64,000 nt of DNA from Ruditapes philippinarum (lineage: Eukaryota), in the NCBI RefSeq assembly GCF_026571515.1, contig NW_026859978.1, forward strand, positions 124,001-188,000, written 5' to 3'. Position 1 is the stretch's first letter; the number at the start of each line of letters is the position of its first letter. Made by a program: the position numbers and the translations under genes. Below, piece after piece: positions 1 to 12,500 of this stretch. Under the pieces are notes generated by a model. That model searched no databases. It had not been told where the DNA came from and was given only the letters and a program-made list of their open reading frames with translations.

Positions 1-2712
1 TCAGTTTCAGATGGTCTTCTTGCCTTTATATACTTTGTTTGTAGACGTTCTTTATACCTTGAAAAAAAATCAAAAAAATTATAATAGATCTGTAAATTGT
101 TTCACTTAAAAACTGTTTAATAATAATGAATAAAAAAATAAAATTCTTTTCAGTTTTTGACAGTTAATAATAATGATCTGATATTTAAAAGGTAACATTT
201 TATTTATTTCAATATTCAAAAAAACTTTATCACATTACCCCAAATATATTTATCAACACTTTATGAATAACTTATCTCATAATAATTATACAAAGAAACA
301 ATTATTAAATAAAACAAAAAACCCGACCCCGATACTTTGTATATTATTGCCACAAAGAAAGAATTACTGGTTCATCAAAGTTCGAAAACTGGTCATCATA
401 ATGTAGCAAATTCAATAAAAATTAGAAAAAAACAAAAAAAGAAAGAGAGAGAGAGAAAGAAAGAAAGAACATTAATTTTCTAACAATCATACCGTGGGCT
501 ATCCCCTGTCCTTTCTAAATCAGGTGGGGTCTGCAAATGACCCCAAGGATTAAATAGTTCAGGAGCTGCACTACTCATACGAGAACAAATATCACTCTCC
601 CTATCTGAAGTATCTTCAGCACTACTACATTTAAAGGTGAAGAAAGAAACACATTACAGAAGAAGAAAGAAAACAAAAGTGCAAAGTTAAAGAAAGAAAC
701 AAAAACAATAGATTAAAAAGAAAAAAAATAGAGAAGAGTAAATTAAGATAAGAAAATGGTAGATGTATTAGAAAGGCAGAAAACCAGCTGTTATTGTTGC
801 AAATTGATAATTGAGAAAAGAAATGAGACATTGCACGATGCTCCTTTTGTCAGCACTTAAAACATATAATAAATAGTAACAACTTTTGTTTTTCCAACAA
901 TGTTAGTTCTGGCTTCCATAACTTTATATGTGGCTTTTATTTTAATGTTGTGCGGTACTATAAAACCTATTAGTCTCTTTAGCTTCAACAATGCAAGCTC
1001 TAAAACAAGAGAAAATCTGACACAGATGGTGTTTGCTTTAAGTAGTAATCAGATCAGGATTTCCATTGTATTTCTACACTGTCAGTTCTATTTATAATCA
1101 TTATACAGATAACTGTTTCATAGATTAGCCACATGTTTATTTTAATTATAACAATGTGACTTGTTATAAAATTTATGAATCAATGAATAAAAATTACTGA
1201 TACCAAGTGACACATGACACATTTAAGGGAGACTGTTTGATTCATCAGGCATGTATATGATAAACATTGTAAATAATGTTCCTGGATGTCATGTTTTATC
1301 CACATACTGCCATGCAGTTTTCAATCACAACCACTTTTCAATCATCCCTCGAATTTTTTTATTTTTAACCTTATTCGTCATGTAACCAAACTGTAAGCAC
1401 ATCTTGTATTCACCTTGACTAAATTTATCAGCAGCAATGTCAATTATGGCGATAAAAAAAAGAAAATGCTAGCATTTTAGTTCAAAATATGTAAAATGTG
1501 TGTTTTCCAATAATCCTAAATTATTTACCCAGTTACAAATCGCAATAATTTTCTAAAAATAATTGATTTACAGACTCAGTTTTTTGTCAGTCTGCAGAAA
1601 TGGATATTAAGTTGGACAACTGTTTCAATATCATGAAGTCATTAATGTATACTGCACTTCAAAAGCTGTAATTTTAATATGTACATATTTTACCATACAG
1701 TTCTTAATTGGAAGGTAATACATCAGTAAAGTAACTGTGAGTCACTTAACCAAGGAAAAACATTCTCTGTGATAACTTTTCAGTAAGCAGTCACTAGAAT
1801 GGGGTCATATAGACCCTAAGATCCTAAAAATTTCACACAAGAACATGCTTTTTCTGTTATGCAAATTGAAATGTACATCCATACCCCAATTGTGACAGCC
1901 TTACCACTGCAAATAGATATCTAGATTGAAAACTGGCATTATAATTAGGTTAAAATTGTTTATTACCACTTATCTGAGGTTGAGTTTGTCAAAATTTTTC
2001 CAAAATACAGAACTAATTATATTTTAACATTGTATGACAATTTTTATGTGGTACAGTTTACATTTTGTTAACTGATTGAAAAGTGGTTGTGAAATTTTGA
2101 AGAACAGGAAAAATTGGGTCAGTAATGATTTGTCCTCGATTCATAGTAATAATTCAAGTAAAATTTTAAAAAGTTGGTGCATTTATTAGCTGAAATGATA
2201 ATATTCGCAGAATTGAAAGAGAATTTTTTTTATATATAATTTCACTGTCGGTTATTGTTGAAAAATTTGTTAGTTGATCGGAAAGAGGCAGTACGGGGAT
2301 ATATTTCTTATGATAAAACATTGTCTGCACATTGGACTGGATAGAGAAAATGCCTATGCGTAATCGGTCATAATTAGTCCAACTGATTTATATCGAAGAA
2401 ACGTCATCATAATTTTGGTTCAATCTTATAATGATTTGACAATGGAGAAAAGTCTGCAAAATCTTTAAAACTATTATAAAGCCAAATTAATTTGGTTAAC
2501 CCTCCATTCGCTCTTAATTAGCAATCAAATTAGACATATACACAAATCACAAAGACATATTAAAGCCTTTTGTTAAAAGTTATATTTATAATGCATACAC
2601 AGGAAGAACTTTTCACACTCATTCACTTATCATACCATGGTTTTTGTTGTATTTTCTTATCTGTAACAGTGTTTACAAGTGCAAGGTTGTATTTTTGTTC
2701 CGCCAAAGACAT
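1..2712 (-). CDS. Unidentified protein, 5' part (runs off the left edge); exons 2636-2712, 493-624 (probable cassette), 1-57
   Basis: ATG at 2712 reads MSLAEQKYNLALVNTVTDKKIQQKP, then phase-2 donor gtatga. Exon 493-624 reads SAEDTSDRESDICSRMSSAAPELFNPWGHLQTPPDLERTGDSP (phase 2-2, donor gtatga). Exon 1-57 follows the acceptor ttttttcaag and reads YKERLQTKYIKARRPSET. All phases are compatible. The family was not recognised. Confidence 0.65.
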
Positions 2713-2846
2713 CTTGTCAGCGATCGGACTAGTTAAAGAAAATAGCAAATCCTTTACATAACCACTAATTTAATTTTGACCAAGGTCCTTAATTATTTAA
2801 ACTTGAAATTGTACAAATAAACTATGAAAATTAAAAATAAAAAACT

Positions 2847-2860
2847 GTATCCTTGGCGAC
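2847..2860 (-). promoter_or_regulatory. RFX X-box-like motif
   Basis: The minus strand reads GTCGCCAAGGATAC, close to the X-box consensus GTYRCC-N-RGHAAC. It lies ~135 bp upstream of the ATG at 2712. Confidence 0.35.
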
Positions 2861-2940
2861 TTGTATACAAAGCTCCTAATGAGGGAGATTTAATTACTAA
2901 TTTAATGACGAATATATTTTTTGTCGCAGAATAACAGGCC

Positions 2941-2976
2941 ATCCATCCATTTATCCATCCATCCATTCATCCATCC
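2941..2976. repeat. (ATCC)n microsatellite
   Basis: atccatccatttatccatccatccattcatccatcc. Confidence 0.8.
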
Positions 2977-3619
2977 ACATCAACATAAGTATGTTCTGCA
3001 CACATTTGAAATGAGGATACTGATAGTGGTTATATATCTTTGTTAATACATATAGAAGTTATGTTACACTCTACACACTAAAACACAGTATGATAACAAC
3101 GTGTTGATAGACAAAAAATCACTGACCAGAAATAGGGAATCCCACTTGCAAAAAAAGTCTCTACCTTCTCTTATTTGAATTAAATTGGGAAATAAGAATT
3201 TCCTTAATAAATCTGTACATTTCTGCATAGAAAGAATTTTTCCCAAAGATGAGTCTACAGTGGTATATCTATAAACAAATGTAAAAAAATGTACAAAAAG
3301 TTACAATGTTTTTTTTATAGAGATTTCTTTAATATAGAAATGTATACTTTTCTACCAGATATGCATGTTAAATAACAAAATTTATTTGACCCATTTCTTT
3401 TAAATTATGACACCCATTTCTTATATATCATGAACAATTATACCAAACTCAACTCTGCCTAGTATGACATATGTTATCAAAATCGTATTTCATTTATTTA
3501 TTTATTTTTTTTTTTTGCAAGTGACGATGTATGATTTATGTGAATGAAATAATCTACACTGCATATACAGTAATAGGGAAATTCACATTAATGATATTAT
3601 GTAATGTAATGTAGTATTC

Positions 3620-3906
3620 AGACCAGAACATCATCAAGGATGCTAAGCTGATTAGTCGATTCAGAGACAGCTATGATCGAGATACAAGGGAATCCGAGAA
3701 CCAGTCCCTAGCTCTTATTGAAAAGGCCCCTTGGTTCTTTTACATGCCCAGTGTATAGCACTGATACATGCAAGGATTACCTGAACTTCTTACCAGGACA
3801 CCTCTAGTTAGATGGGAAACACTGAAAGTGTCTCTGAAAAATCCCAACCCGGGACCTCGGGAGCTAGTGACAGCCAGTGGTCTAAGTTCTAACCAACTGA
3901 ACTATC
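3620..3906 (-). mobile_element. tRNA-derived SINE, degenerate
   Basis: The minus-strand head gatagttcagttggttagaac...cccgggttgggatt has A-box-like and B-box-like motifs, followed by a GC-richer body. Boundaries are approximate. Confidence 0.5.
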
Positions 3907-4077
3907 ACTCAGTAATAATAATATTAAATATCTGAGTATTTTTTCTCAAGATAGATTTGATCTGGGTATATATTTTGTGTAATATATACGTCATTGATTT
4001 GACTATAAAAGGGTTAATCCATCCAACAATGTTTTAGACGATAACGATATTTAACATATTGACCAATACGATACAAA

Positions 4078-7000
4078 ATGGCTGACACTGTTGACTCCGA
4101 AGCGGGAAGTGATGGCAATTTTATATCAAAATTCGTGTCAGAATTGATTTCAAGTCCATTAAACTTAGCGTTACTTGGACTATGTGGTTTTCTTTTGTAT
4201 AAGATTATAATGGGCCAGAAGAAGCAAGAACCTGTACCTCCTAGAGAACCTGAATTGGCAAAGTTGAAAAAACAAGATATGACCCTTGAACAGTTAAGAG
4301 AATATGACGGAAAAGGACCAGATGGTAGAATATTATTGGCAGCAAATGGGAAAGTGTTTGATGTTACCCGAGGCAAACGTTTTTACGGACCAGGTATACT
4401 GATGTCGTATGGTTATTAGAGAATCATATCCGAAAATTTGTTTGGCCGAAAATATGAAAGTTTTAAATTTTATTGTGCCTTGCATAACTGATAAAGCCAA
4501 CACGAATATGTCTTTATGATGTTTATATTTATTAAAATACAGGTTTTCTGTTCTCAAGTTAAGTGTGAAAAATCATTTTCTTTTAATGATACTAAATTGG
4601 TTTTGGGCCACATCATCACATCTCAGTTTGTTTCAAGGTAGCACTCCACAGTAAATTTCAAGTTTGTGTCGTCAATGCCCTACAAGCAATGTGTCTGATA
4701 ATTCTGATTCCAAAATACCTGGAAAAAGAAAACATGTCTTGTTGGTAACATACATGTCAAAACATTGCAAATCTATAATGAAATTATCCATGTGCAATAG
4801 TCAGTCAGTAAAAAAAATTGCAATTCAATCCGTTAGAGCCCAAAATCTACTGTGGTCCAAGACTGAAAACAACACGTTTTGTCCCTCTGGCAAAAAATAC
4901 CTGCAAATATACGGGCTACAGAAACACTGTCTCTACTTTAGCAACTCCCTATACATGCAAAATATCACAAAGAAACATGTCCTCAACCTTGTCGATTTTT
5001 TGCTACTGCTGAAAGTTTGCACCCCCCTGTAAAATGACTTGTTTTTACACACCAGCCTGTTTAAAAGCAATGTTTACAAAAAATGGCGGCCTTGACATCT
5101 ATAATCAACAGCATGTGATTTCTGGCCATGTTTTCGAATTTGCAAGTGATCATATTAGATGCCTCAAAAACAAAGTTCATGCTATAAAATGCACATTAAA
5201 GACAACCAGTCATTTAAATCCAGAATAGTCACTATATCCAACAAATCCTCCCTGGCCATTCGAAGCTGTGGCTTCAATTACTGTGGTTTGCTACCTCAAG
5301 ATAGATCTAGATCTACAGTACAGTGTCTTGTTGATTAATTTTTGCAATAATAAAAAAAAACCCAAATCAAGAAAATTTGATCATTATTTGTTTTTAGTAT
5401 CATGAATTAGTTTTATACTGACATATTTAAATTTCAATGAGGTATTAACAACATTTTTCAGAAGGAAAAACAATTTATCCGGTGCACAACTCCTACATTT
5501 CTCAAGGGATTTTGACCAAACTTTCACACAAGCTTTGTCATCAAGTGTCCTAGTAAATGTTGTCGGGGTTTTGTCATCCGATAATTTTTTACCTTTTTAT
5601 GGCCCTTTGGTTTTTTTTCTTTTTCAATTTTTTCTTTGCATAACTCCTACAAAGGATTTTGACCAAATTTTCACATAAGCTATGTCATCAAGTGCCCTAG
5701 AGCATATTGTCAGGGTTTTGTGATTCAATAGGTTTTGACGTATTTATGGACCTTTATTTTTTCCATGTAAATTAATATAATATAATATAAATATAGTCAT
5801 AATAATAGTGTAATATCCTTTTAATCACAACTACTACATTAAACCAAAATTTATATTTCAACCTCCAGCGTATTGAGGGGTTAAACCCCTCTTTAATAAA
5901 TTATTTAACCCCTCTTTATCAAGGAGTTTGCTGTTTATTTTATAAATCACATATATTTATTTTCTTATCTTACAGACAAGTATTAACAATGTATCCGGTG
6001 CTCTTGTTTTTCCAAATGTTTATCAAATATGTTTAGGTTGTATCCACAAGACCCTTTTCCTCGCTATATTTATTGTGACAATACCAGTTAGTATTGTGAA
6101 TCTATTAATTCATCACATTTCAGGTGGTCCTTATGGTTTATTTGCTGGACGAGATGCTTCAAGAGCACTTGCTACTTTTTCAATGACTGAAGATGTTTTT
6201 CGTTGTGAATATGATGATTTGTCTGATCTCACAAGTATGCAGATGGAGAGTGTTCGTGAATGGGAAATGCAGTTTACAGGTAATAATGAGGGCCATAAAA
6301 GAAATGATTAGTACCTACCTCTTGATAAAACAGTGTAAAGCTATATGGGGCTAGAACTCAGATTATTACTGAAATTTATCAAATGATATATAGTTAAGAC
6401 AAAGATAGGAAGAAAACTTGTTGAATTACACGTTGATAGAATAATGTTTGTAAATTTCTGATCATTTACTTTAGTATGTGACTCATGAGTCATGTACTAA
6501 ATCATATTTAAACCTACTAATATAGTAATTTATTTGTTTGTTCCATAATGTTTTTTTCTCTACTAGATTGCAAGATATATAATGGACATTTTGTCTGTCT
6601 GCCTTTCCTTTAGCTACAATGTACTCTTATAGATCAAGCAATAAATGCCATAAATGATTTTGTGCCTGGGATCTTACCAAGTTCTGAGGGGTTGTTGGAA
6701 ATGCAATGGAGGGGGGACTTACTGGAAATGATTCTCTGTAGCCCTTTTCATATGATGCCCTGTGATGTTCCCTATTCAGTTGCCTAATGATTAGTGGATC
6801 ACTCATCCCTTCCCCTCATTCATATGCATCAAGTGCAGTGTGTCAATAAGTAATTGGCAAAGTAGTGAAATGCAGGGTGGGATAAACTTTTCAAGTTTTA
6901 TCTTACAAACTTCAACAGTTAATCACAGGTTATAGACAACATTACAGACAAGATTACAGTTATTATAGACAACCATCTTAATTTTATTTTGTAATTTTCT

Positions 7001-7133
7001 CTTTCCAGAAAAGTATGATTATGTAGGTCGATTACTGAAGCCAGGTGAGCAGCCAAGAGATTATTCGGATACGGAAGATGAGCAGGGGGATGATTCTAAA
7101 GATAAGACAGATTCAGAAAAAAAGAAAGACTAG
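4078..7133 (+). CDS. PGRMC1: Membrane-associated progesterone receptor component (PGRMC1/2 co-ortholog); exons 4078-4393, 6124-6279, 7009-7133
   Basis: N-terminal TM segment ([18 protein letters not shown]). Cytochrome b5-like MAPR motifs [36 protein letters not shown] and [27 protein letters not shown]. Two phase-1 GT-AG introns. Stop TAG at 7131-7133. Confidence 0.96.
5470..6010. mobile_element. Degenerate HINE/Helentron-like element with two ~155-bp internal repeats
   Basis: aactcctac...ggattttgaccaaa.tttcaca.aagct.tgtcatcaagtg occurs twice (~5488 and ~5642). The element ends in ggtgctcttgttt. Confidence 0.45.
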
Positions 7134-7632
7134 CATCATTGGTTTATATTATCAATTATGGACTAACATGAGTGTTAGATTGGCGAAAAATGTGATACAT
7201 TATTTGTGTAAATCACTGACACATAGAAATGGTACCCTGTATTATAGATGGATGTTTAATTTGATTGTATTTAAAGTTGACACACATATTCCATTATTAC
7301 AAATATGTATATACAGTGGGGAAGCTTTTTTTTAAAGTTAATTTTACAGGTCTTTTGTATCTATATATTTTGTTAGTTTTCCATTGGTTTGGTAAGTATC
7401 ATTTTCTAGGTGATTTGAAAGTAAGGTTTAGATAGAATTCATTCCAAATATGTCATTAATTAGATTTAATTATAGTAAGATACCTTATTCTAGTCATGTT
7501 TAAAATGTTTTCTTATCTCTCAGTTATAGCTATTACATTTGTATGTTGAAGGTTCCATATAATGGAAACTAGTGAGAGAGACCTTGCTTGATTATATTAC
7601 AGCATAAAGTGTAACTTCATAATACTTGTTAA

Positions 7633-7921
7633 AGCTGCATGCCTCCAAATGAGCAAAAAGATTTCAGTAAAATCAAACTTGAGAAAACTGTACTAAGATT
7701 TTGAGAAAAGTAAAAAGATTCAAGGTGAAAGTGATAATTTACTTTTTATGTGCGATTATTGACTGACATTGAAGTATTAATCACCATATTTCTACCGCAG
7801 GACTAATGCAGTAAGGGCTATTTTTGCATATTTTGACCTCTTTTTTTTGTGTAATTTATGGATTGTAAATGTAAGGGTAAGATTTTTATGAAAATTAGCA
7901 TGGAGGTGAAGGCATGCTGCT
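7633..7921. mobile_element. TTAA-flanked MITE (Kolobok-like)
   Basis: ttaa|agctgcatgcct...aggcatgctgct|ttaa, i.e. short TIR with TTAA on both sides. Confidence 0.6.
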
Positions 7922-8293
7922 TTAAATACAACATAATTGAAATGGGGCATTCTTATTTGTGTTTATTTAGAATGCTTTAATGAATAAACATGTCTTGTTT
8001 TTTTTTAAAGTATTTTAACTCTGAAAGATATCTTAGATATCACAGAATAAATGCTTAAGTGTTGTATATGTTTGAAGTGCCATATGGTGTTTGAACTATA
8101 ATATTTTAGACTGGAAGGGTGTTGTTTTTATAATTGGTACAACAACAACAACAATATCTTGGTAAATCTTGTTATGGAACTTAGCAAGTATATTTCGTCA
8201 CCTTTGTGCAATAATGGGTTAACTCCTATTAAAATAATTAAATTATATAAGGAGTTTATCTATTACTGCACTAAGGTGACGATTTATATATAT

Positions 8294-8566
8294 GAGCCGA
8301 GTCATGACAAAACCATTATAATGGGTTTGCGACCAGCATGGATCCAGACCAGCCTGCGCATCCGCACAGTCTGATCAGGATCCATGCTGTTCGCTATCAG
8401 TTTCTCTAGTTGTAATAGGGTTTGTAAGCTGTTTGTAAACCCTATTACAACTAGAGAAACTGATAGCGAACAGCATGGATCCTGATCAGACTGCGCGGAT
8501 GCGCAGGCTGGTCTGGATCCATGCTGGTCGCAAACGCATTATGTTGGTTTTGTCGTGACGCGGCTC
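8294..8566. mobile_element. Family-A MITE (Sola2-like), fully palindromic variant
   Basis: GAGCCG...CGGCTC termini, ~100-bp TIRs containing gcgaccagcatggatccagaccagcctgcgcatccg, 4-bp TSD atat. Confidence 0.85.
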
Positions 8567-8905
8567 ATATGTATGCTTTTTCTGTCAAATTTCACTAAGC
8601 TATTTCTCATTCCTTATCTAGAGAAAAATCAGCCTACACAATGAAGTATATAATATGGTAAAATCTTCTTACTTTAATGTGTATAAAACTATATATCTGC
8701 TGCCTGTAGTTAACAGAGTTATTGTTTGAATTTTGAAAAAGAATAATTCCAGAATACCTGTATGAAAGAGGTATGTTTGTATATTTTCTTATGATCGAAT
8801 GATACCTGCACAAAATCATGTTTCATAAGTTAAATCCTTACTCAAAAGATCAGCATAATATTTTGTCATGGAACATTTTATTCTGTTTATACACAATATT
8901 CATGC

Positions 8906-9037
8906 AGGGCTTCCACTAAGTTCCAAAATTTGGAAGTCACACTATATAGATAAAGAAGAATAAGAATGACATTTTAGAAGTCACAAGCCAAATTTAAGGA
9001 GTAAAATGACTCCCAGAGTTCCATTAACGGAAGCCCT
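8906..9037. mobile_element. Short CAGGGC-terminated MITE
   Basis: TIR cagggcttcc / ggaagccctg. No clear TSD. Confidence 0.5.
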
Positions 9038-9547
9038 GTGTTTGTTAAATAAGAGACATTCTAAGTTACAATTCTTCGAAAAATGTCTTGTTTGTAATTT
9101 AACAATAAATATAGATTTTTTGTAGGTACAAAATTCTTTTACCTTTGTTTAATTTATTAAAGTTGTCTCACTGTCTTGTATAAGAGAGTGGTGTATTAAA
9201 TTAAAATTTTGTTCTTTTTATTCTTTAAACTTCTCATTGAGACGTGACACCACTATTCTACTGTTGTTGTTGTTGTTGTATTTCCATTTCTGTGTGTCAC
9301 TGATATATATATATATACTATTGAGATAAAGGACTTGTATTAAAATGTCAATGGCTTGCTTTATTATATTTGATTATAATCTTTCACCAAGTTGTTTTGG
9401 CATTTATTTTTGTCGTACATTGTACTATTTAATAACTTCAAACCAATAAACACTGAACATTGTTCCGTTATCCTGTAAACATCTATTTTCAGGGGCTCCA
9501 GGTGTTTTAACATTTTTACAATTTATTCAATTATTATATCATCATTT

Positions 9548-9781
9548 GAGCCGCGTCACGACAAAACCAACATAGTGGGTTTGCGACCAGCATGGATCCA
9601 GATCAGCCTTCGCATCTGCGCAGTCTGATCAGGATCCTTGCTGTTCGCTAACCATCCCTATTACAAGTAGAGAAACTGATAGCGAACAGCATGGATCCTG
9701 ATCAGACTGCGCGGATCGCAGGCTGATCTGGATCCATGCTGGTCGCAAACCCACTTTGTTGGTTTTGTCGTGACGCGGCTC
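9548..9781. mobile_element. Family-A MITE (Sola2-like)
   Basis: Same TIRs as 8294; TSD attt/attt. Confidence 0.85.
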
Positions 9782-9868
9782 ATTTGTTTCTTTGTTGAAC
9801 ATGTTTTATAAAAATTCAAATTTTTTAAACCAACATCTTTTATATATATAAGGTATAAAGTTATTTAA

Positions 9869-10228
9869 AGGAGTTCCACTGAGGTCAACAAGCATACAGA
9901 CATAAAATTTAAAATTCTTGCATTGATCAAGTGATTCACTTAAAATGCAAAAATCTGTGAAAGATAATCAAGAAATATTCCAGAAATTAAGTTGAAAATC
10001 AAATAGTTTGTGCAATTCTTGTTCTGATTTAAGTGCAATGCTTTTTATTTTTTTATCATATTGCACAATACAAATGATCATTCTGGAAAAAAATGTATGT
10101 GGGAATGATCTGAAAATTTGCACAGAAATTATTGGTGCAAACCTCCATCAAATGGTTCACAAATCATGGAAAAATATCTCATCACTAGTGCTGTCATGTG
10201 AAAAAAAAAAAACTTTAGTGGAGTCCCT
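9869..10228 (+). mobile_element. TTAA-flanked MITE (Kolobok-like), copy 1
   Basis: ttaa|aggagttccact...agtggagtccct|ttaa. Homologous to 11571-11900 in the opposite orientation. Confidence 0.75.
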
Positions 10229-10354
10229 TTAAGACTAACTGAATTGGCAGATTTTATTTTGTATCATACCAGACATACAGTTTTGAAAAATGATGTTTGT
10301 TAATTATGTGAAAGTAAGTGACTTGTCTGCCAAATTATCTTTTATTCCTATCTA

Positions 10355-10565
10355 ACTCTTAAACCTGCTGGAACCAAAAGTGAGTAGTCATTGTAACCAG
10401 TATAGAGCCCGGCCAGCTGGCTCATCCGTGTAGTCTGACCAGACTTTATACTGTTGGTAACTCAATTTTTGTACCTACATATTCAAATTCCATAAAATTT
10501 GAACGGACTGTTCCAAATTCAAAGCTGGGCAAATCCGTTACACAAATTCAGCAGGTCGAGGGTTT
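10355..10565. mobile_element. Degenerate MITE
   Basis: aactcttaaacctgctg...cagcaggtcgagggtt ends. The internal accagtatagagcc.ggccag motif recurs near 29970 and 59875. Confidence 0.45.
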
Positions 10566-11570
10566 AGGAAGCCACAGAAATATTCTTGAAAAGATCAAAA
10601 GGGTATAAAATTCTGTGAGTGTAGAGGTTTACAAACTTATATTGTATATTTCACTGTTCAAAGCTTTACGTCTTTTAGTTGAGGACAATATTACAGATTA
10701 AAGTTGTGTTTAAATAGCTTTAAAGATATTTTTAACCAAACTTAAATGATATAACAATTTCTGTATCTTATATATGGTCGGAAAATACGGTACTATTAAT
10801 AATTGTCATAGGTGCTTAAAAATCAAGGTTCATGTTACAATATTTTTGTTGTAAAACGTTTTTCCCTTCCATGTAAGTTATGTAGATATATATGTAAACT
10901 ATGTATTGTGGTATGTATATAATAGAATAATATTATCTAGTTCAATGTTATTTTTACAATAAAGGAGAGGTAACTTGTATGTTATTTACCAATGCAGTAA
11001 AGTTCAATAGAAATTGCTGATATATTTTGATTTGTAATAAATATTGTCAAAATATTCTTTTTGACCATTTAAGAAAAGTCAAAGTTATCTTTTCTAGATT
11101 TGTCTTTGTAAAAAATGCAGTCTTGATAAGTTATTATAATTTTGCTGATGACTGTTTAAATGTTTGAAGAGATTTTACAAGCTGCTGTACTTATTGTAGA
11201 ATATAATGTCTTATTCTTGTTTTAACAATATGATGATTAGAACAGATCGTATTGCAACTAAGGGTTCAAAATACATAAAACAGATTGGGACTTCTAGCTA
11301 TGTATTTAAATGTCATGTTTGCTCTGATATGCTTAAAAAACTCTATGAAATTTGACCAGAATTGTTGTCTAATTAAAAAATCATTTACAAGATTCTGTTT
11401 GTTAATTTAGAACGGAATACTATATCATTTGCTCAAATAACCTGTTAGTATCTGAAAATCTCTTACTTGGCATAATGCAGGCATAATATTTCAATTTTTT
11501 GTTTTGTACCAAAGTGGGTCTTGTATAAGGTTAAACCTGCATTGTATGAGAACGGCTTTTAATATATTAA

Positions 11571-11900
11571 AGGGACTCCACTGAGATTTTTTGACATGAG
11601 GGGATTACAAATATTTTCCCCGAGATTTGTGCACCATTTGATAAAGGTCTGTGTGCAAATTTTCAGATCATTCTCTCTCCCTGTTTCCAGAATAAGCATT
11701 TTTATTATGGATATTGACCAATAAACAAAGTGTTGAATGCTTTTCACTCGTATCAAGATAAGAATCGCACAAAAAGTTGATATCAATAAATTTTGAGTAA
11801 GTTTTTATTTTACCCTTTCCAGATTTTAAGTGCTTCACTTTGCTTTATGCAAAAATTAAAATTTCATGTTTTAAAGTTATTTGACCTCAGTGGAGCTCCT
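11571..11900 (-). mobile_element. TTAA-flanked MITE (Kolobok-like), copy 2
   Basis: ttaa|agggactccact...agtggagctcct|ttaa. Reverse complement of the 9869-10228 family. Confidence 0.75.
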
Positions 11901-12244
11901 TTAATCATATGCACTTATCAATGTTACTATGGACAAGCTAAGAATTTTTTGTGACCATACAGTTGATGTTCTCATGTATGATGGAATATTGAAATAACAG
12001 ATGTAAAATTTTTTTTTACAACATATTAAGTAAACCTTTAGTTGAATCCTCCTATTATAATTGGGCAATCATTAATTTATTAAATTTAACAGTTTGAGAT
12101 TACTGGTGAAAGAAGAATTTCATAAAATTTTATTTTTATTCCAATAATTTCACCTGTAGATGTTTTTGAACTAATGAATAGCTCCTTTTAATATTGTTTT
12201 TATTGTAAAGACATATTAGAATAGAATTAATGTTGTCTCTCTAG

Positions 12245-12500
12245 TTTCAAATATTGGCAATGAAATTTTGGCCATTTTACTTAAGTTTCTTCTGATATTG
12301 GCAATGAAATCTGGTCTTTTTGAGGTTTGAAAAGATGCTTCAGTTTTGGCCATCTTGCTTTAGTTATGAATATTTTGACCTTTGCAATGAAATTTGGGCC
12401 ATTTACTTTAGCTATTTCTAATATTGGCAATGAAATTTGGGCTACTTTGAGTTTCATAAAGTTTAATTTCCAATATTGCATTGATATTTTTGCCATTTAT
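12245..12500. repeat. Degenerate ~44-bp tandem repeat
   Basis: Recurrent atattggcaatgaaatttgggccatttt... about 5-6 times. Confidence 0.65.

Noticed and set aside
631-831. Hydrophobic 66-aa ORF
   Set aside because: Translation of the long polypyrimidine tract upstream of exon 493-624.
4014-4376. 120-aa antisense ORF
   Set aside because: Shadow of PGRMC exon 1 with no independent coding signal.
7045-7335. 96-aa ORF overlapping PGRMC exon 3
   Set aside because: Wrong frame; the conserved frame ends at 7133.
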